From a virus (lineage: Duplodnaviria > Caudoviricetes), in IMG/VR virus record IMGVR_UViG_3300037160_000023, positions 1 through 51,934 of that record: 51,934 bases of DNA; one strand, 5' to 3'. A program made the position numbers and the translations under genes. A model generated the notes under the pieces. It was given only the letters and a program-made list of their open reading frames with translations. It did not search any database and had not been told where the DNA came from. Of the stretch, positions 1 through 8,689 are shown piece after piece. The first letter of the stretch is position 1. Every line of letters starts with the position of its first letter.

Positions 1-134
1 GCCCCCCCCCCCCGCGCCACAACCGGATACGGACCGGCGTACAGTCTCGCGTCGCGATCCAAGTCCCACGGGTCAACAGCCCAAGGCCGCCCAAAATAGC
101 AACCCCCGGTTTCGACGTACAGAGCTGCTATCAT
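1..134 (-). CDS. 5' part of a small C5-cytosine-MTase-like phage protein that continues across the junction into 51934..51403
   Basis: ATG at 134 overlaps the upstream stop (ATGA). It translates MIAALYVETGGCYFGRPWAVDPWDLDRDARLYAGPYPVVA and then runs into a poly-G run. The window end resumes CQRWGNFYAG, as expected for a ...VVAHPPCQRWG... motif. Confidence 0.75.
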   Translation of the reverse strand, partial: MIAALYVETGGCYFGRPWAVDPWDLDRDARLYAGPYPVVARGGG

Positions 135-595
135 TCCCACGGCATCCTACTCGCTTCACGCAAGGCCGGCTGCAGCTCATATTTCGCCAGCCTGGCGTTC
201 GCTTCACGCAATAGCATGTTTAAACCATCTATTTCTTGTTCCAGCGTACGGTTGATCGTGCGCAACGTTTCATCGGTGACAACATCAACCACGGCCGGCG
301 CATGCTGTACGGCGTCCGGCGCAACGGGGCGCGACGTACCGCCGCGTGAGCCAACGCCGCCTTTACGCGCTTCGCGGCACGTTGGGCAGTTGCGCAACAG
401 CAAGCCAGCGTTTTTCTTGAAACCCTGCAGCGCTGCCTTCGTAACGTCGATACGGATTTCTGCCTGACAGGTCTTGCAGGAACGCCGTACGCGGTACAGG
501 TGGACGAAGTTGCCGTTCCAATGTTTTGTGACGGGTTCGCCACCGCTCCAGCCTTCGGGCAGCTGGCCGGTGAACGGTTCAATTTGGTTGGTCAT
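131..595 (-). CDS. hypothetical protein with two CxxC pairs (Zn ribbon) and coiled coil; C-terminal MPWE
   Basis: 154 aa ORF with CKTC...CPTC and a heptad tail; coupled to neighbours by 4-nt overlaps. Confidence 0.75.
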   Translation of the reverse strand: MTNQIEPFTGQLPEGWSGGEPVTKHWNGNFVHLYRVRRSCKTCQAEIRIDVTKAALQGFKKNAGLLLRNCPTCREARKGGVGSRGGTSRPVAPDAVQHAPAVVDVVTDETLRTINRTLEQEIDGLNMLLREANARLAKYELQPALREASRMPWE

Positions 596-744
596 TTGGT
601 TTTAACTTTCTTCGGCTTTTTAATACCTAGTATTTCGTACGGAGAGCGCGGGCGCATTTCGAAGTGACCTAAATCGCGGGACTGTTCTTTATTGCGACGT
701 GTTGCTTCCTGTTTAGCTAACTTGTTGTTTACAGGTTTCGTCAC
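592..744 (-). CDS. small basic hypothetical protein
   Basis: GTG at 744 after AGGAGG; VTKPVNNKLAKQEATRR...KKVKTK. Confidence 0.55.
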   Translation of the reverse strand: MTKPVNNKLAKQEATRRNKEQSRDLGHFEMRPRSPYEILGIKKPKKVKTK

Positions 745-908
745 GCCCACCCTCCTAAAACAAAAACCAGCACACCCAGGAAGAACGCAGCGCCGGCAAC
801 AAGCACGGTGCCAACAATGATTTGCGCCGTACGTTTGCCGAATACAAACGCAATTGCTGCAACCAGCAACAGCGGACCCAAGCCGCCGTGTCCGTGATGG
901 TGGCTCAT
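741..908 (-). CDS. small membrane protein (2 TM)
   Basis: Not in the ORF track; translated by hand as MSHHHGHGGLGPLLLVAAIAFVFGKRTAQIIVGTVLVAGAAFFLGVLVFVLGGWA; overlaps both neighbours. Confidence 0.65.
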   Translation of the reverse strand: MSHHHGHGGLGPLLLVAAIAFVFGKRTAQIIVGTVLVAGAAFFLGVLVFVLGGWA

Positions 909-1156
909 TAGCAGCCCCCCACAACGAAACCGATACCTAGGCGGATGCCGACTTGGCCACCCCAGCGGACACCCATTTGTTTGATTGCATCCGTACGTGT
1001 CGGAGCGCTGATGGTTCCCACGATGATATCAAAGTAGAAGACGTGAAAAAGTTTCATTACATTTCCTCCGCCTTGTCCAGCAAATCCACGATCGCGTCCA
1101 GCGGCGTACGGTGCGTACATATCCTGCACCACAACGATTTCTTGCTGTGTGTTCAT
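908..1156 (-). CDS. hypothetical protein (start uncertain, 1156 or 1057)
   Basis: Fills the gap in a tightly packed minus-strand operon. Confidence 0.4.
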   Translation of the reverse strand: MNTQQEIVVVQDMYAPYAAGRDRGFAGQGGGNVMKLFHVFYFDIIVGTISAPTRTDAIKQMGVRWGGQVGIRLGIGFVVGGC

Positions 1157-1302
1157 GACAACACCAGAGCTGATAGCCGGGCGAACACTTCGCAAGCCGT
1201 GTTGTAGTCGTCTTCGTTCCACACCTTACGGCCGGCATTGCGCATTGACTTGTTTCCGGCGTCCTGTGCAGCGGCTCGGATGGTTGAAGGGGTTAAGGTC
1301 AT
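1153..1302 (-). CDS. small hypothetical phage protein
   Basis: MTLTPSTIRAAAQDAGNKSMRNAGRKVWNEDDYN...; preceded by GCTGGAGAG RBS. Confidence 0.65.
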   Translation of the reverse strand: MTLTPSTIRAAAQDAGNKSMRNAGRKVWNEDDYNTACEVFARLSALVLS

Positions 1303-1375
1303 CTTGTGCTCTCCAGCTCTAAAGTTCCAATACACACCTTATTGCATGTCCGAAAAGACTTGTAAAGACCCCAAA

Positions 1376-1480
1376 CGAAAAATTGTGAAATTATTTTTCA
1401 CAGCGAGTTTACAGCAAATTCACTACAATTTCAATTGTGAAAATCCTGTGAATTTACAGATATTTACAGTGTGCATAATC
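1376..1480. other. AT-rich divergent intergenic region with short repeats (candidate origin or control region)
   Basis: TGTGAA x3, TTTACAG x3, inverted repeat TGTGAAA-N5-TTTCACA (1384-1402). Confidence 0.35.
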
Positions 1481-1584
1481 AATCAGCCCCCGAAGAGGCG
1501 TGGGTGTGAAGCGTAACAGAACACACCCACCTAGACAGGGAGAGCGCAAGGGCGTAGCATAGTGGAAACCAAGGAACCCCTACT

Positions 1585-2025
1585 ATGTTACCAGCTATAC
1601 GGATAGGGCAGTTTGCAGTGGAAACGGCTGTTAAGCAGCTACCGGCATTGAAGGCGCAGGTACGGCTTACATCGGGCGTGTTGACGGCGGCCTGCATGGA
1701 ATACGGCTTCCCGCCGCAGCTTGCAGAAGTGTGCGGCGGATTGCTCGCGTCGATGATTGATGACCTGGTTGCGATCGGCAACTTGCGTACGGCCGACTTC
1801 GAACGTACAAAGCGCAAGCAACGCGTTCTGGCGCTCGCTGAAGAACCGGCGCTGTCCGGCTTAAGGATTGCCATAGCTGCGTCGCCGATCAATGGACAAG
1901 CCGCTGTGGCTCATTGGGATGCCATTTGCGAGAAGTATGAGCGCGGCAAGCTGGCCTGGTTGATGGGGATGCAAACGGATACGTCGTACGGCTACGGAAA
2001 AAGAATTGAGAAAATGCAAAATTAG
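1585..2025 (+). CDS. hypothetical protein
   Basis: 146 aa ORF with AAGGA RBS. Confidence 0.65.
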   Translation: MLPAIRIGQFAVETAVKQLPALKAQVRLTSGVLTAACMEYGFPPQLAEVCGGLLASMIDDLVAIGNLRTADFERTKRKQRVLALAEEPALSGLRIAIAASPINGQAAVAHWDAICEKYERGKLAWLMGMQTDTSYGYGKRIEKMQN

Positions 2026-2059
2026 CTGTTGACACGGTTGCCGCGTTGTGTTTGAAGGT

Positions 2060-2305
2060 TCGCAGGACGAAGTTGCAGAAGTTCTCAATTCCGAAGGCTT
2101 CCTCCATGCCAACGGTGGCGCGTTTGGCGCTACTTCGTTTCAAGGAAATCAAGCCTTCGTCCGTTATGTGTCGCTGTGAGCATAACGTGGATACTGTGCG
2201 AGCTAGGTGTAACGCACCAGCGGGACGGACATTCTGCAGAAACAGGGAAGCACCGTCTCTATTTCGCAGGCCGTTGCATAGGCACCTTTGATGCTCACGA
2301 GGTGG
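2060..2305 (+). ncRNA. candidate structured non-coding RNA
   Basis: No convincing CDS; follows TTGACA near 2029; stems 2092-2100/2151-2159 and 2162-2168/2181-2187, alternative stem 2065-2072/2155-2162. Confidence 0.35.
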
Positions 2306-2339
2306 GTGACTTAATTAGAAAATATTTGCCCGAATACGC

Positions 2340-2368
2340 TTGACACCCCCAAAACCACGCCGTACAAG
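2340..2368 (+). promoter_or_regulatory. sigma70-type promoter
   Basis: TTGACA-17-TACAAG upstream of GCTGGAGAG RBS and ATG 2404. Confidence 0.6.
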
Positions 2369-2403
2369 TACGACATTCTAATCCCTATGCTGGAGAGCAG
2401 ACC

Positions 2404-2796
2404 ATGACCAACACAGCCCACAACATTCTCGCCACCGCAATCGAAAGCCTTAAGGGCATCGATTTGACGAAGATCGAAAGCGCGCAGCTCGTACCGCTGA
2501 TTAAGCAGGTACAGGACATTTGTTCGTTCAATGCCGCCATTCATGCGCAGATCGAAGCCCGCGCGATCGGCAATAGCGAGCTGATCCCCGGCGTTGTGGT
2601 CAAGGACGCCACTGTACACCGTCGCTGGACGGACCCGGAAGCCGCTGCAGAGCTGGCGCAGGAACAGATTGGCGACAAGGCATTTAAGCGCGAACTTATC
2701 AGCCCGGCCGCGATGGAAAAGCTTGGCGAGCTTGGTAAGTCGTTCGTGTCGCTTGCGAGCTTCAAGCCTGAAGCCGGTAAAAAGGTTGTCTATTAA
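2404..2796 (+). CDS. stand-alone paralog of the C-terminal domain of the DUF2800 exonuclease
   Basis: PGVVVKDATVHRRWTDPEAAA...ISPAAMEKLG...KPEAGKKVVY aligns by eye with EGVVLKPGRAWRAWNDDQQAA...VTPAQAEKLG...KPAAELKASY of 41930..42868. Confidence 0.7.
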   Translation: MTNTAHNILATAIESLKGIDLTKIESAQLVPLIKQVQDICSFNAAIHAQIEARAIGNSELIPGVVVKDATVHRRWTDPEAAAELAQEQIGDKAFKRELISPAAMEKLGELGKSFVSLASFKPEAGKKVVY

Positions 2797-2810
2797 CGGA
2801 GGGATTGAGC

Positions 2811-3101
2811 GTGGCGAAGAAAAAGAAAACCGTACACTGGACCAAGTTACCGCGCCCCGAGCTGGTTAGCATGGTCAAGCGTCTGGAGCTGCAATGTGCA
2901 AAGCTGAAGCTACAGCTTGCCGAAGCGAACAACTTCGTTTCGCGCGCGGCTGCGGACAACGGGTACCGTGCTGTTACCGGCGAAGCGCAAGCTTGCGAAT
3001 TGTTCGGCGTCGTGCATATTAAGCAGGACGAAGTACTGTCCGGTGCCGCACTGGACGACGTACTAGAGCGACGCGCGCCGGCCAAGATGCCCTGGGAGTG
3101 A
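2811..3101 (+). CDS. hypothetical coiled-coil protein; C-terminal MPWE
   Basis: GGAGG RBS, GTG start; ends KMPWE*. Confidence 0.7.
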   Translation: MAKKKKTVHWTKLPRPELVSMVKRLELQCAKLKLQLAEANNFVSRAAADNGYRAVTGEAQACELFGVVHIKQDEVLSGAALDDVLERRAPAKMPWE

Positions 3102-3103
3102 AC

Positions 3104-3271
3104 ATGGTACGCGAGATTGATCTTACGCGCGACGCTCCGAAGACGCACCAGGACCGCGACAAGCGCGACCGTATCGAGCGTCAAAAGGTTCGCGTCAAGG
3201 ATGCCAAGACGCACCGCGATCTGCAGAACGCAATGCTTGGTGTGCTCGATTTGCTGGCGGACGAACTATGA
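3104..3271 (+). CDS. small hypothetical protein
   Basis: Hand-translated MVREIDLTRDAPKTHQDRDK...LLADEL; GGGAG RBS; ATGA overlap with the next gene. Confidence 0.6.
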   Translation: MVREIDLTRDAPKTHQDRDKRDRIERQKVRVKDAKTHRDLQNAMLGVLDLLADEL

Positions 3272-3444
3272 AATACGTTCTTTGGCTGCCCGTTGTATTC
3301 ATTCTCGCCGTTCCGGTGTACGCGGCTGTTACGCCAATCGTTGCGCATCAACGCAAGTTGCAGCGTTGCATGGTCTACTTGCCGGCGATGCGTGACGTGA
3401 AGCTGAAGCGCTGGTGCCTGAAGCAGTCGGAGCGCATGCCATGA
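3268..3444 (+). CDS. small membrane-anchored protein
   Basis: MKYVLWLPVVFILAVPVYAAV...QSERMP*; ATGA overlaps at both ends. Confidence 0.6.
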   Translation: MKYVLWLPVVFILAVPVYAAVTPIVAHQRKLQRCMVYLPAMRDVKLKRWCLKQSERMP

Positions 3445-3620
3445 AAGAGTTGGTTCTAACTTGCGTGTTAATGGTGACAACACCGCAGGGCGAGATTTGC
3501 ATAAAGCCGGACGGCAACGTAACGATGCCTGCCAACGCCGACATTACTAAGCAGTCGCGTCGCTTTTGGGAAGAGCTAGCTAAGACGTACAAGGTAATAA
3601 AGACAGAGCTTTGTATCTAG
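3441..3620 (+). CDS. small hypothetical protein
   Basis: MKELVLTCVLMVTTPQGEICIKPDG... Confidence 0.55.
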   Translation: MKELVLTCVLMVTTPQGEICIKPDGNVTMPANADITKQSRRFWEELAKTYKVIKTELCI

Positions 3621-3631
3621 GAGCGAATGCC

Positions 3632-3799
3632 GTGACCGTTAACAAAATCAAATGCATTCGCTGCGATAAGACCTACGCAGGCGAGCCGGAAGACACCCCG
3701 GAAAAAGTTTGGAGCGACGCCGTACGCGAGGGCTGGCGTTCACGGAAGGTTGAGGGTTGTTGGGGCTATTACTGCCCGAAGCACGGGGTGACGGCATGA
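3632..3799 (+). CDS. small Zn-finger protein
   Basis: CIRC...EGW...YCPKH; AGGAG RBS. Confidence 0.6.
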   Translation: MTVNKIKCIRCDKTYAGEPEDTPEKVWSDAVREGWRSRKVEGCWGYYCPKHGVTA

Positions 3800-3881
3800 C
3801 CGGGATAGCCGTTTATTGCATCGTTGTTGGTGTTTTGCTTATTGTCATGGGTCTGCACAGCTCTGCGGAAAAGGATGAGTT

Positions 3882-4148
3882 ATGAACTTGCAAGAATTTG
3901 CCGGCCTGAAGATCGGTGACCAGGTAGTGAACCACATGCGCAACGACGGTGTCGGTATCGTGTCCGGCGTGACTGCGTACGGCATCAAGATACAATGGCC
4001 CCCGTCCACCATGGAATGGGAATTCACCAACCAATCAACTGCGTGGATGCACTGGAGCAAGAAAACCGATGACACCAAACCCGACACGGCAACGGATAAC
4101 GGCGCACAGGCTGCGGCTGGCACTCCCCCGGGCGCTGCACAGGGCTAA
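3882..4148 (+). CDS. hypothetical protein, KOW/SH3-like beta barrel
   Basis: LKIGDQVV...GVGIVSGV...IKIQW pattern. Confidence 0.6.
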   Translation: MNLQEFAGLKIGDQVVNHMRNDGVGIVSGVTAYGIKIQWPPSTMEWEFTNQSTAWMHWSKKTDDTKPDTATDNGAQAAAGTPPGAAQG

Positions 4149-4356
4149 TCAGGCCCGCGCGAGCTTTCAGCGTGTCAACCGGCACGCCATCAAATCCGGT
4201 CGCAGTCGGCTACGTATCACCGTATCGCGGCATCTGCGCAAATACGCCGATTTGATCCGCCGTACGCTGTTACGAGCTTAACCTGCATACGGGGGCTTGC
4301 ACTCCGACACCGCCGAACAGCACACACGGATTATCGCAAGCCTTAAACGAGCCTGA
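4149..4356. ncRNA. candidate multi-branched structured RNA
   Basis: Nested complementary segments 4149-4157/4348-4356, 4168-4173/4264-4269, 4189-4196/4249-4256, 4294-4300/4336-4342. Confidence 0.4.
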
Positions 4357-4380
4357 AGCGGACGCCCGTTAAATTATTTT

Positions 4381-4443
4381 CAAAATAGCTGTTGACTTCG
4401 TTTAAACGGCACTGTACACGTACAGCATAGCAACGCTGGAGAG
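4381..4443 (+). promoter_or_regulatory. early-type promoter/RBS cassette, near-duplicate of 46969..47040 (-)
   Basis: CAAAATAGCTGTTGACT-17(contains TTTAAACGG)-TACACGTAC...CGCTGGAGAG. Confidence 0.7.
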
Positions 4444-4449
4444 TGTCAC

Positions 4450-4629
4450 ATGGCCCAACCTAAAAAGAAACAATCAACCCGTTTATTGAAAGCTTCATGC
4501 TCGAAATGCGGTTACGTCGTTCGCGTTACCGCAAAATGGCTGAAAGCTGCTGGCGCACCGTACTGCGGTACCAAGTCCCACGGTCGCATGGTGTGCGACA
4601 TGCCGGAAGATGGGGAGGGTGAGGAATAA
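4450..4629 (+). CDS. small Zn-ribbon protein resembling the C-terminal domain of phage SprT-like proteins
   Basis: Hand-translated MAQPKKKQSTRLLKASCSKCGYVVRVTAKWLKAAGAPYCGTKSHGRM... Confidence 0.7.
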   Translation: MAQPKKKQSTRLLKASCSKCGYVVRVTAKWLKAAGAPYCGTKSHGRMVCDMPEDGEGEE

Positions 4630-4645
4630 CGGCAGTTTAAACGCC

Positions 4646-4654
4646 TGTCATACA
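4646..4654. promoter_or_regulatory. TGTATGACA operator copy (as TGTCATACA)
   Basis: Same 9-mer recurs in other intergenic regions upstream of virion genes. Confidence 0.6.
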
Positions 4655-4717
4655 AGCCCGGTGACAAACCAGCTCCGAACGTGCTAGCGTGCCGCAAATT
4701 GGCTAGGAGCGGGCACC

Positions 4718-7700
4718 ATGAGCGACACGGCGGACTACGGCAGTGGCACGTTCGGCGGCGGGTTATCAGTAGGGCAACCGCTATCGTTGGCCCCGCCTGA
4801 TCCCGGCACGCCGCAGGACGCAGCACCGGCCCCGGCAGCTCCGCAACCAGCGCCCGCAAGCGGCGGCATCTTTGGGTCCGGTCTTAGGATACCCGGGCAG
4901 CCGAACTACACCCCACCGGACCCCGCAACTAGCGCGTTGGATCAGACGGCCGACACGCTGCAACAGCGCATCAAACGAGCGAACGACATTGCCACGAACC
5001 CGGTTGCGCAATTCCTGAACCCGGAACAAGCGGCGAAGGCGCGCGATTTCATTCCGCAGGCAACCGAACAGCTCCAGAAGATACGCCAGCAAAAAGCGAC
5101 GATGGCAGCCGGCCGTACGCAGGCCGAAACGCTGGGCCTTTCACCAGGCGAAGCCCCGGACGAAGCAACAGAAGCCGATCGTGTTGCCATTGCGCAATCG
5201 AAGGCGCTAAAAGGTGACTTGAGAGCGTTTCAGGGTCTTGCCGCTGTCAAGCCCGAAGCCGCTGCGGCAATCCAGGATCAGGTGCACGAAGCCGTACGCG
5301 GTCACATGGACAACGCGCAGCTCGCGTTTGACAGCCTGGCTGGCATGAAAAACGCCGGGCAATACGACGCGAAGCTTAAGCAGCTTCGTACGGAGGGCAC
5401 GTTAACCGATCTTGAAGCACTCGGAATGCAGGTGCCAAAAACCTTTGATGATTTCAACGCTGCCAAGGGGCGGGAGGGCCAAGCGCTGCGACTGGCGCGG
5501 CAGGCGTCTGAAAACCTGGGTGCGCAGCTCGAAGCACGCGCCAACGGGCAGCCTATGGAAGAAAAAGAGCAAAAAACATACAAGGGCGCTCTTACAACAG
5601 GGTTTGGTGATGAACTGAATAACGGCGTGTATTCTCGAATTAACGGAAAACGCGCCTATACCGTAAATGGGCAGGCCGACGTGAACGATTTGGGCAAGAA
5701 ATTCACGTACGCTAACGCAGATCAGCGCAAGGCGTTCGAAGAAAATTCTAAACTTGCGGTGCCAACCACGGAAATTGAAAAAGCTCGTACGTTTGCCCGT
5801 ACGTACAAACTCGCCACGACGGACGGCAAGGGCAATGCGATGCCCGAAGGTACAATCAACACTAATCCGAACGTACAGCAAGGCGTCGCCGAAGGGCTGG
5901 CGAGCATGCTACGCGGCGGCAGCGGCGGTGCTACCGGACAGTTGTTGAAGATTGAAACCAGCAAGCGCGGTTTTTTACAGGCGCTAATCGACAAGATCAG
6001 CACTGAAAAGGGCGCGACTATCAACGAACTGAAGGGCGCGGACGTCAATCCGTACTTGTCCAAGTTGACGCAATCGCAAATCCGTGACGTCATGAACGTC
6101 ATTAAAGGCTACAACGATGACAGCATCGGCAGTCGCATGGCTCCGATCGCGCGGCGCGCGGGGGCGTTGGGCCTCGATGCGTCGGCGCTTGGTTTGGCTC
6201 CAGGCGAAGTCAAAGGCGTTGACGACCAGCTTGAAGCGGGGCGGCAAGACACGATTGCGCGTTTCCGGGACCGATCGCGGCCAACCAGCAGCGGCGACGG
6301 CGCGATCTATCTCGACACGCCGCCGTCATTGCTGGTGCACAAGCCCGATGCTGTGCAGCCCGGTCCTGTCCCACCCCCCGTACAGAACCCACCTGCAGGT
6401 TCGCCCCCGGCTCCCTCGGGTCCTGCAGCTCCGGGTGCACCGCCTGCAGCTCCGAACCCAGCGGCGTCAACAGCCCCCAACCCGACGCCGGGCGGTTCCG
6501 GTCCTGCAGGCGGTGGCGGCGGACCTGCGCCCGCGCCTATCACGATCGCAGGGCAGCCGGTTAGCGTGCCACTGCCCGGTGGTGTGTCTCCGAACTTCGT
6601 TACAAACACGCAGCGTGTCGAAACCGGCAAGAGCAAGGACCCGTGGACGGCTACTACACCGAATAGCAGTGCGTCCGGTGCGTTCCAGATGATTGATAAG
6701 ACGTGGAACGAAAACAAACCGGCTGACGCAACGGCGACGCGTGCCAAAGACGCTACGCCCGCGCAACAGTCGCAAGCGTTCGCTACGTTGATCGCTAAGA
6801 ACGCGCAAACGCTCACGACGGCCGGTGTTCCCGTTAACGACACGAGCTTGTACGTTGCCCACAATCTTGGCGCGACGGGTGCCAGCACGTTGTTGAAGGC
6901 AGACCCGAACGCAGACGCGCGTACGGTGGTGGGTGAAACGGCTGCGAAGAACAACCCGCTGTTTTTCCGGGGCAAGCCGACTGTGGCAACAGTGCTGCAG
7001 CGTTACCAAACCGAAATGAGCAAGGAACCGCCTAAACTGCCGGATAGCGGAAGTAGCCCCGCAGCTAGCGCGCCGGCTGAAGGCGGTTTCTGGCAGCGGT
7101 TGAGCAACACGCTATCCGGGAAGCAGCCGGGTGAAACCGACGAAGAAACGTACCGACGCGAAAGCGCGCGCACGAATGCAGCAATAGTAGGCAGTAAAGA
7201 CCTTGCTGTTGAGCACGCGCCAATCATCGGCGGTACGGTTGGCGGCATCACAGGCGGCCCCGTGGGTGGTGCGGTCGGTGCCGGTGGCGGCCAAGCGCTG
7301 AAAGACTATTTACAGGGCCGTCCGTTTGACCCGGTGGAAACCGCAAAGCAAACGGTGCTCGGCGGCGTGTTGAGTGTGGGCAGCGCAGCGCGTCCCGTGC
7401 TCGCTGCCGGCGCGCGTGTAGTCGGCGCTGGTGGTGTGGATGCCGCTGCGGAAGCTGCGAAAGGCGGTGACGCAGGCGATATCGCGAACGCGGGTGCAAA
7501 AGGTGTTACCGAAAGCGCAGGCGGGGAGTTGTTCGGCCGCGCGCTTGGCATGATCGGGCACAAGGTTTGGAGTTTGTTTGCTCCAGACGCCAAGGCTACC
7601 GTACAGGCGGCAGCGAAGTCTTACGCAGACGCAAAAGACATTCTTGATAAAGAACCGCCGAAGCTGCCGGGCGCTGGCGGTACGGCGAGCGGCCCGAACC

Positions 7701-8689
7701 CGGCGTACGACGCTGCACAGGCTGCGAAAGAGAAAGCCGAAACTACGCTTAAAGACGCCGGTTTGGAGCCTGAAGCGGCTGCGTACGCGCATAAAGTCAG
7801 TTCGGAAGGCGTACCAAAACAGGAAGCGCAAGCGGCGCGGCCCGGAGCTGTTGAAAAAGATAAAGTTGGTGCTGGTTACCAACAACTTGAAAACGAAGTC
7901 GGCGACACTGGCGTAGGCGTGCCGAAAGCATCGCCGAAACTGCCGGACGGCCCGCGCGCTGCAGTCGAAAGCGGCGCGGTGCCCAAGAGCTTCGCTGATA
8001 TCGCCGAAAAGACTGAAGCCGCAATCACAGCACCGGCTCCAAACTGGCAAGCCAAGTGGGTTCAGTTAAAAGATGCGCGATCGGCGTTGCTTGAAAAAGA
8101 ACGCGAAGCTTACGCCAGCACCAGCGATCGAAAAGGCGAAACCGCCGAAGCGTACCGTGCACTTGCGGACACCGTACGCGCGCAACAAGAAAAGACGGCT
8201 AACTACGTATTTGGGCCGCAAGACGGCCCCGCGTTCATGTCACGTCTAAAAGTGCTTGACGGTCGTTACCGTACGTTGATGGAAGCAACTAACGGCGGCG
8301 ACCTGGCGGGTATGGCGCGATTGGAGGGTGACGCCGGCCGAAAGGCTGATAAGGCGTTCCGTTCGTTCGCAATGGGTGACAAGGACGCGATTGCAGCGTG
8401 GGACGCAATGCGCCGTACAGGTAGCAACGTTGAAAAGGACGTGCTTAAAGCAATCCAAATCGAAAAGGTTCCCGTGCTCGGTACGGCGTACAACATAGGA
8501 AAATATCTTCTAGGGTTGCGTAAATTCATGAGCGAGCGTGCAGCTGGCAACCCTGCCACCTTCGCGGACATGGTGCCAGAACTGAAAGCCGCGCAGCAAC
8601 GCCAGGCACGGGCCGTACGTGACGTCGGCGGGCAGATCGGTTCGCACACTGCCGTACAGGGTGACGTATTCGGGAGTGCTTTTCAGTGA
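4718..8689 (+). CDS. large internal virion (DNA ejection) protein with a lysozyme-like/transglycosylase domain
   Basis: 1323 aa, Ala/Gly-rich helical; RVETG...SSASGAFQMIDKTW...LYVAHNLG matches the lytic transglycosylase-type pattern. Confidence 0.75.
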   Translation: MSDTADYGSGTFGGGLSVGQPLSLAPPDPGTPQDAAPAPAAPQPAPASGGIFGSGLRIPGQPNYTPPDPATSALDQTADTLQQRIKRANDIATNPVAQFLNPEQAAKARDFIPQATEQLQKIRQQKATMAAGRTQAETLGLSPGEAPDEATEADRVAIAQSKALKGDLRAFQGLAAVKPEAAAAIQDQVHEAVRGHMDNAQLAFDSLAGMKNAGQYDAKLKQLRTEGTLTDLEALGMQVPKTFDDFNAAKGREGQALRLARQASENLGAQLEARANGQPMEEKEQKTYKGALTTGFGDELNNGVYSRINGKRAYTVNGQADVNDLGKKFTYANADQRKAFEENSKLAVPTTEIEKARTFARTYKLATTDGKGNAMPEGTINTNPNVQQGVAEGLASMLRGGSGGATGQLLKIETSKRGFLQALIDKISTEKGATINELKGADVNPYLSKLTQSQIRDVMNVIKGYNDDSIGSRMAPIARRAGALGLDASALGLAPGEVKGVDDQLEAGRQDTIARFRDRSRPTSSGDGAIYLDTPPSLLVHKPDAVQPGPVPPPVQNPPAGSPPAPSGPAAPGAPPAAPNPAASTAPNPTPGGSGPAGGGGGPAPAPITIAGQPVSVPLPGGVSPNFVTNTQRVETGKSKDPWTATTPNSSASGAFQMIDKTWNENKPADATATRAKDATPAQQSQAFATLIAKNAQTLTTAGVPVNDTSLYVAHNLGATGASTLLKADPNADARTVVGETAAKNNPLFFRGKPTVATVLQRYQTEMSKEPPKLPDSGSSPAASAPAEGGFWQRLSNTLSGKQPGETDEETYRRESARTNAAIVGSKDLAVEHAPIIGGTVGGITGGPVGGAVGAGGGQALKDYLQGRPFDPVETAKQTVLGGVLSVGSAARPVLAAGARVVGAGGVDAAAEAAKGGDAGDIANAGAKGVTESAGGELFGRALGMIGHKVWSLFAPDAKATVQAAAKSYADAKDILDKEPPKLPGAGGTASGPNPAYDAAQAAKEKAETTLKDAGLEPEAAAYAHKVSSEGVPKQEAQAARPGAVEKDKVGAGYQQLENEVGDTGVGVPKASPKLPDGPRAAVESGAVPKSFADIAEKTEAAITAPAPNWQAKWVQLKDARSALLEKEREAYASTSDRKGETAEAYRALADTVRAQQEKTANYVFGPQDGPAFMSRLKVLDGRYRTLMEATNGGDLAGMARLEGDAGRKADKAFRSFAMGDKDAIAAWDAMRRTGSNVEKDVLKAIQIEKVPVLGTAYNIGKYLLGLRKFMSERAAGNPATFADMVPELKAAQQRQARAVRDVGGQIGSHTAVQGDVFGSAFQ

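Noticed and set aside
1-13. Terminal C-tract as a biological homopolymer
   Set aside because: It breaks an expected coding motif at the contig end; most likely a sequencing poly-G artefact
1384-1402. CRP-like TGTGA...TCACA site
   Set aside because: Spacer is 9 nt, not 6
3268-3444. TGA reassigned to Trp (RMP-TGA read as MPW)
   Set aside because: TGA ends many genes with ATGA coupling and long genes are uninterrupted under the standard code
2060-4356. tRNA genes in the non-coding gaps
   Set aside because: No cloverleaf with T-loop GTTCRA and acceptor stem was seen
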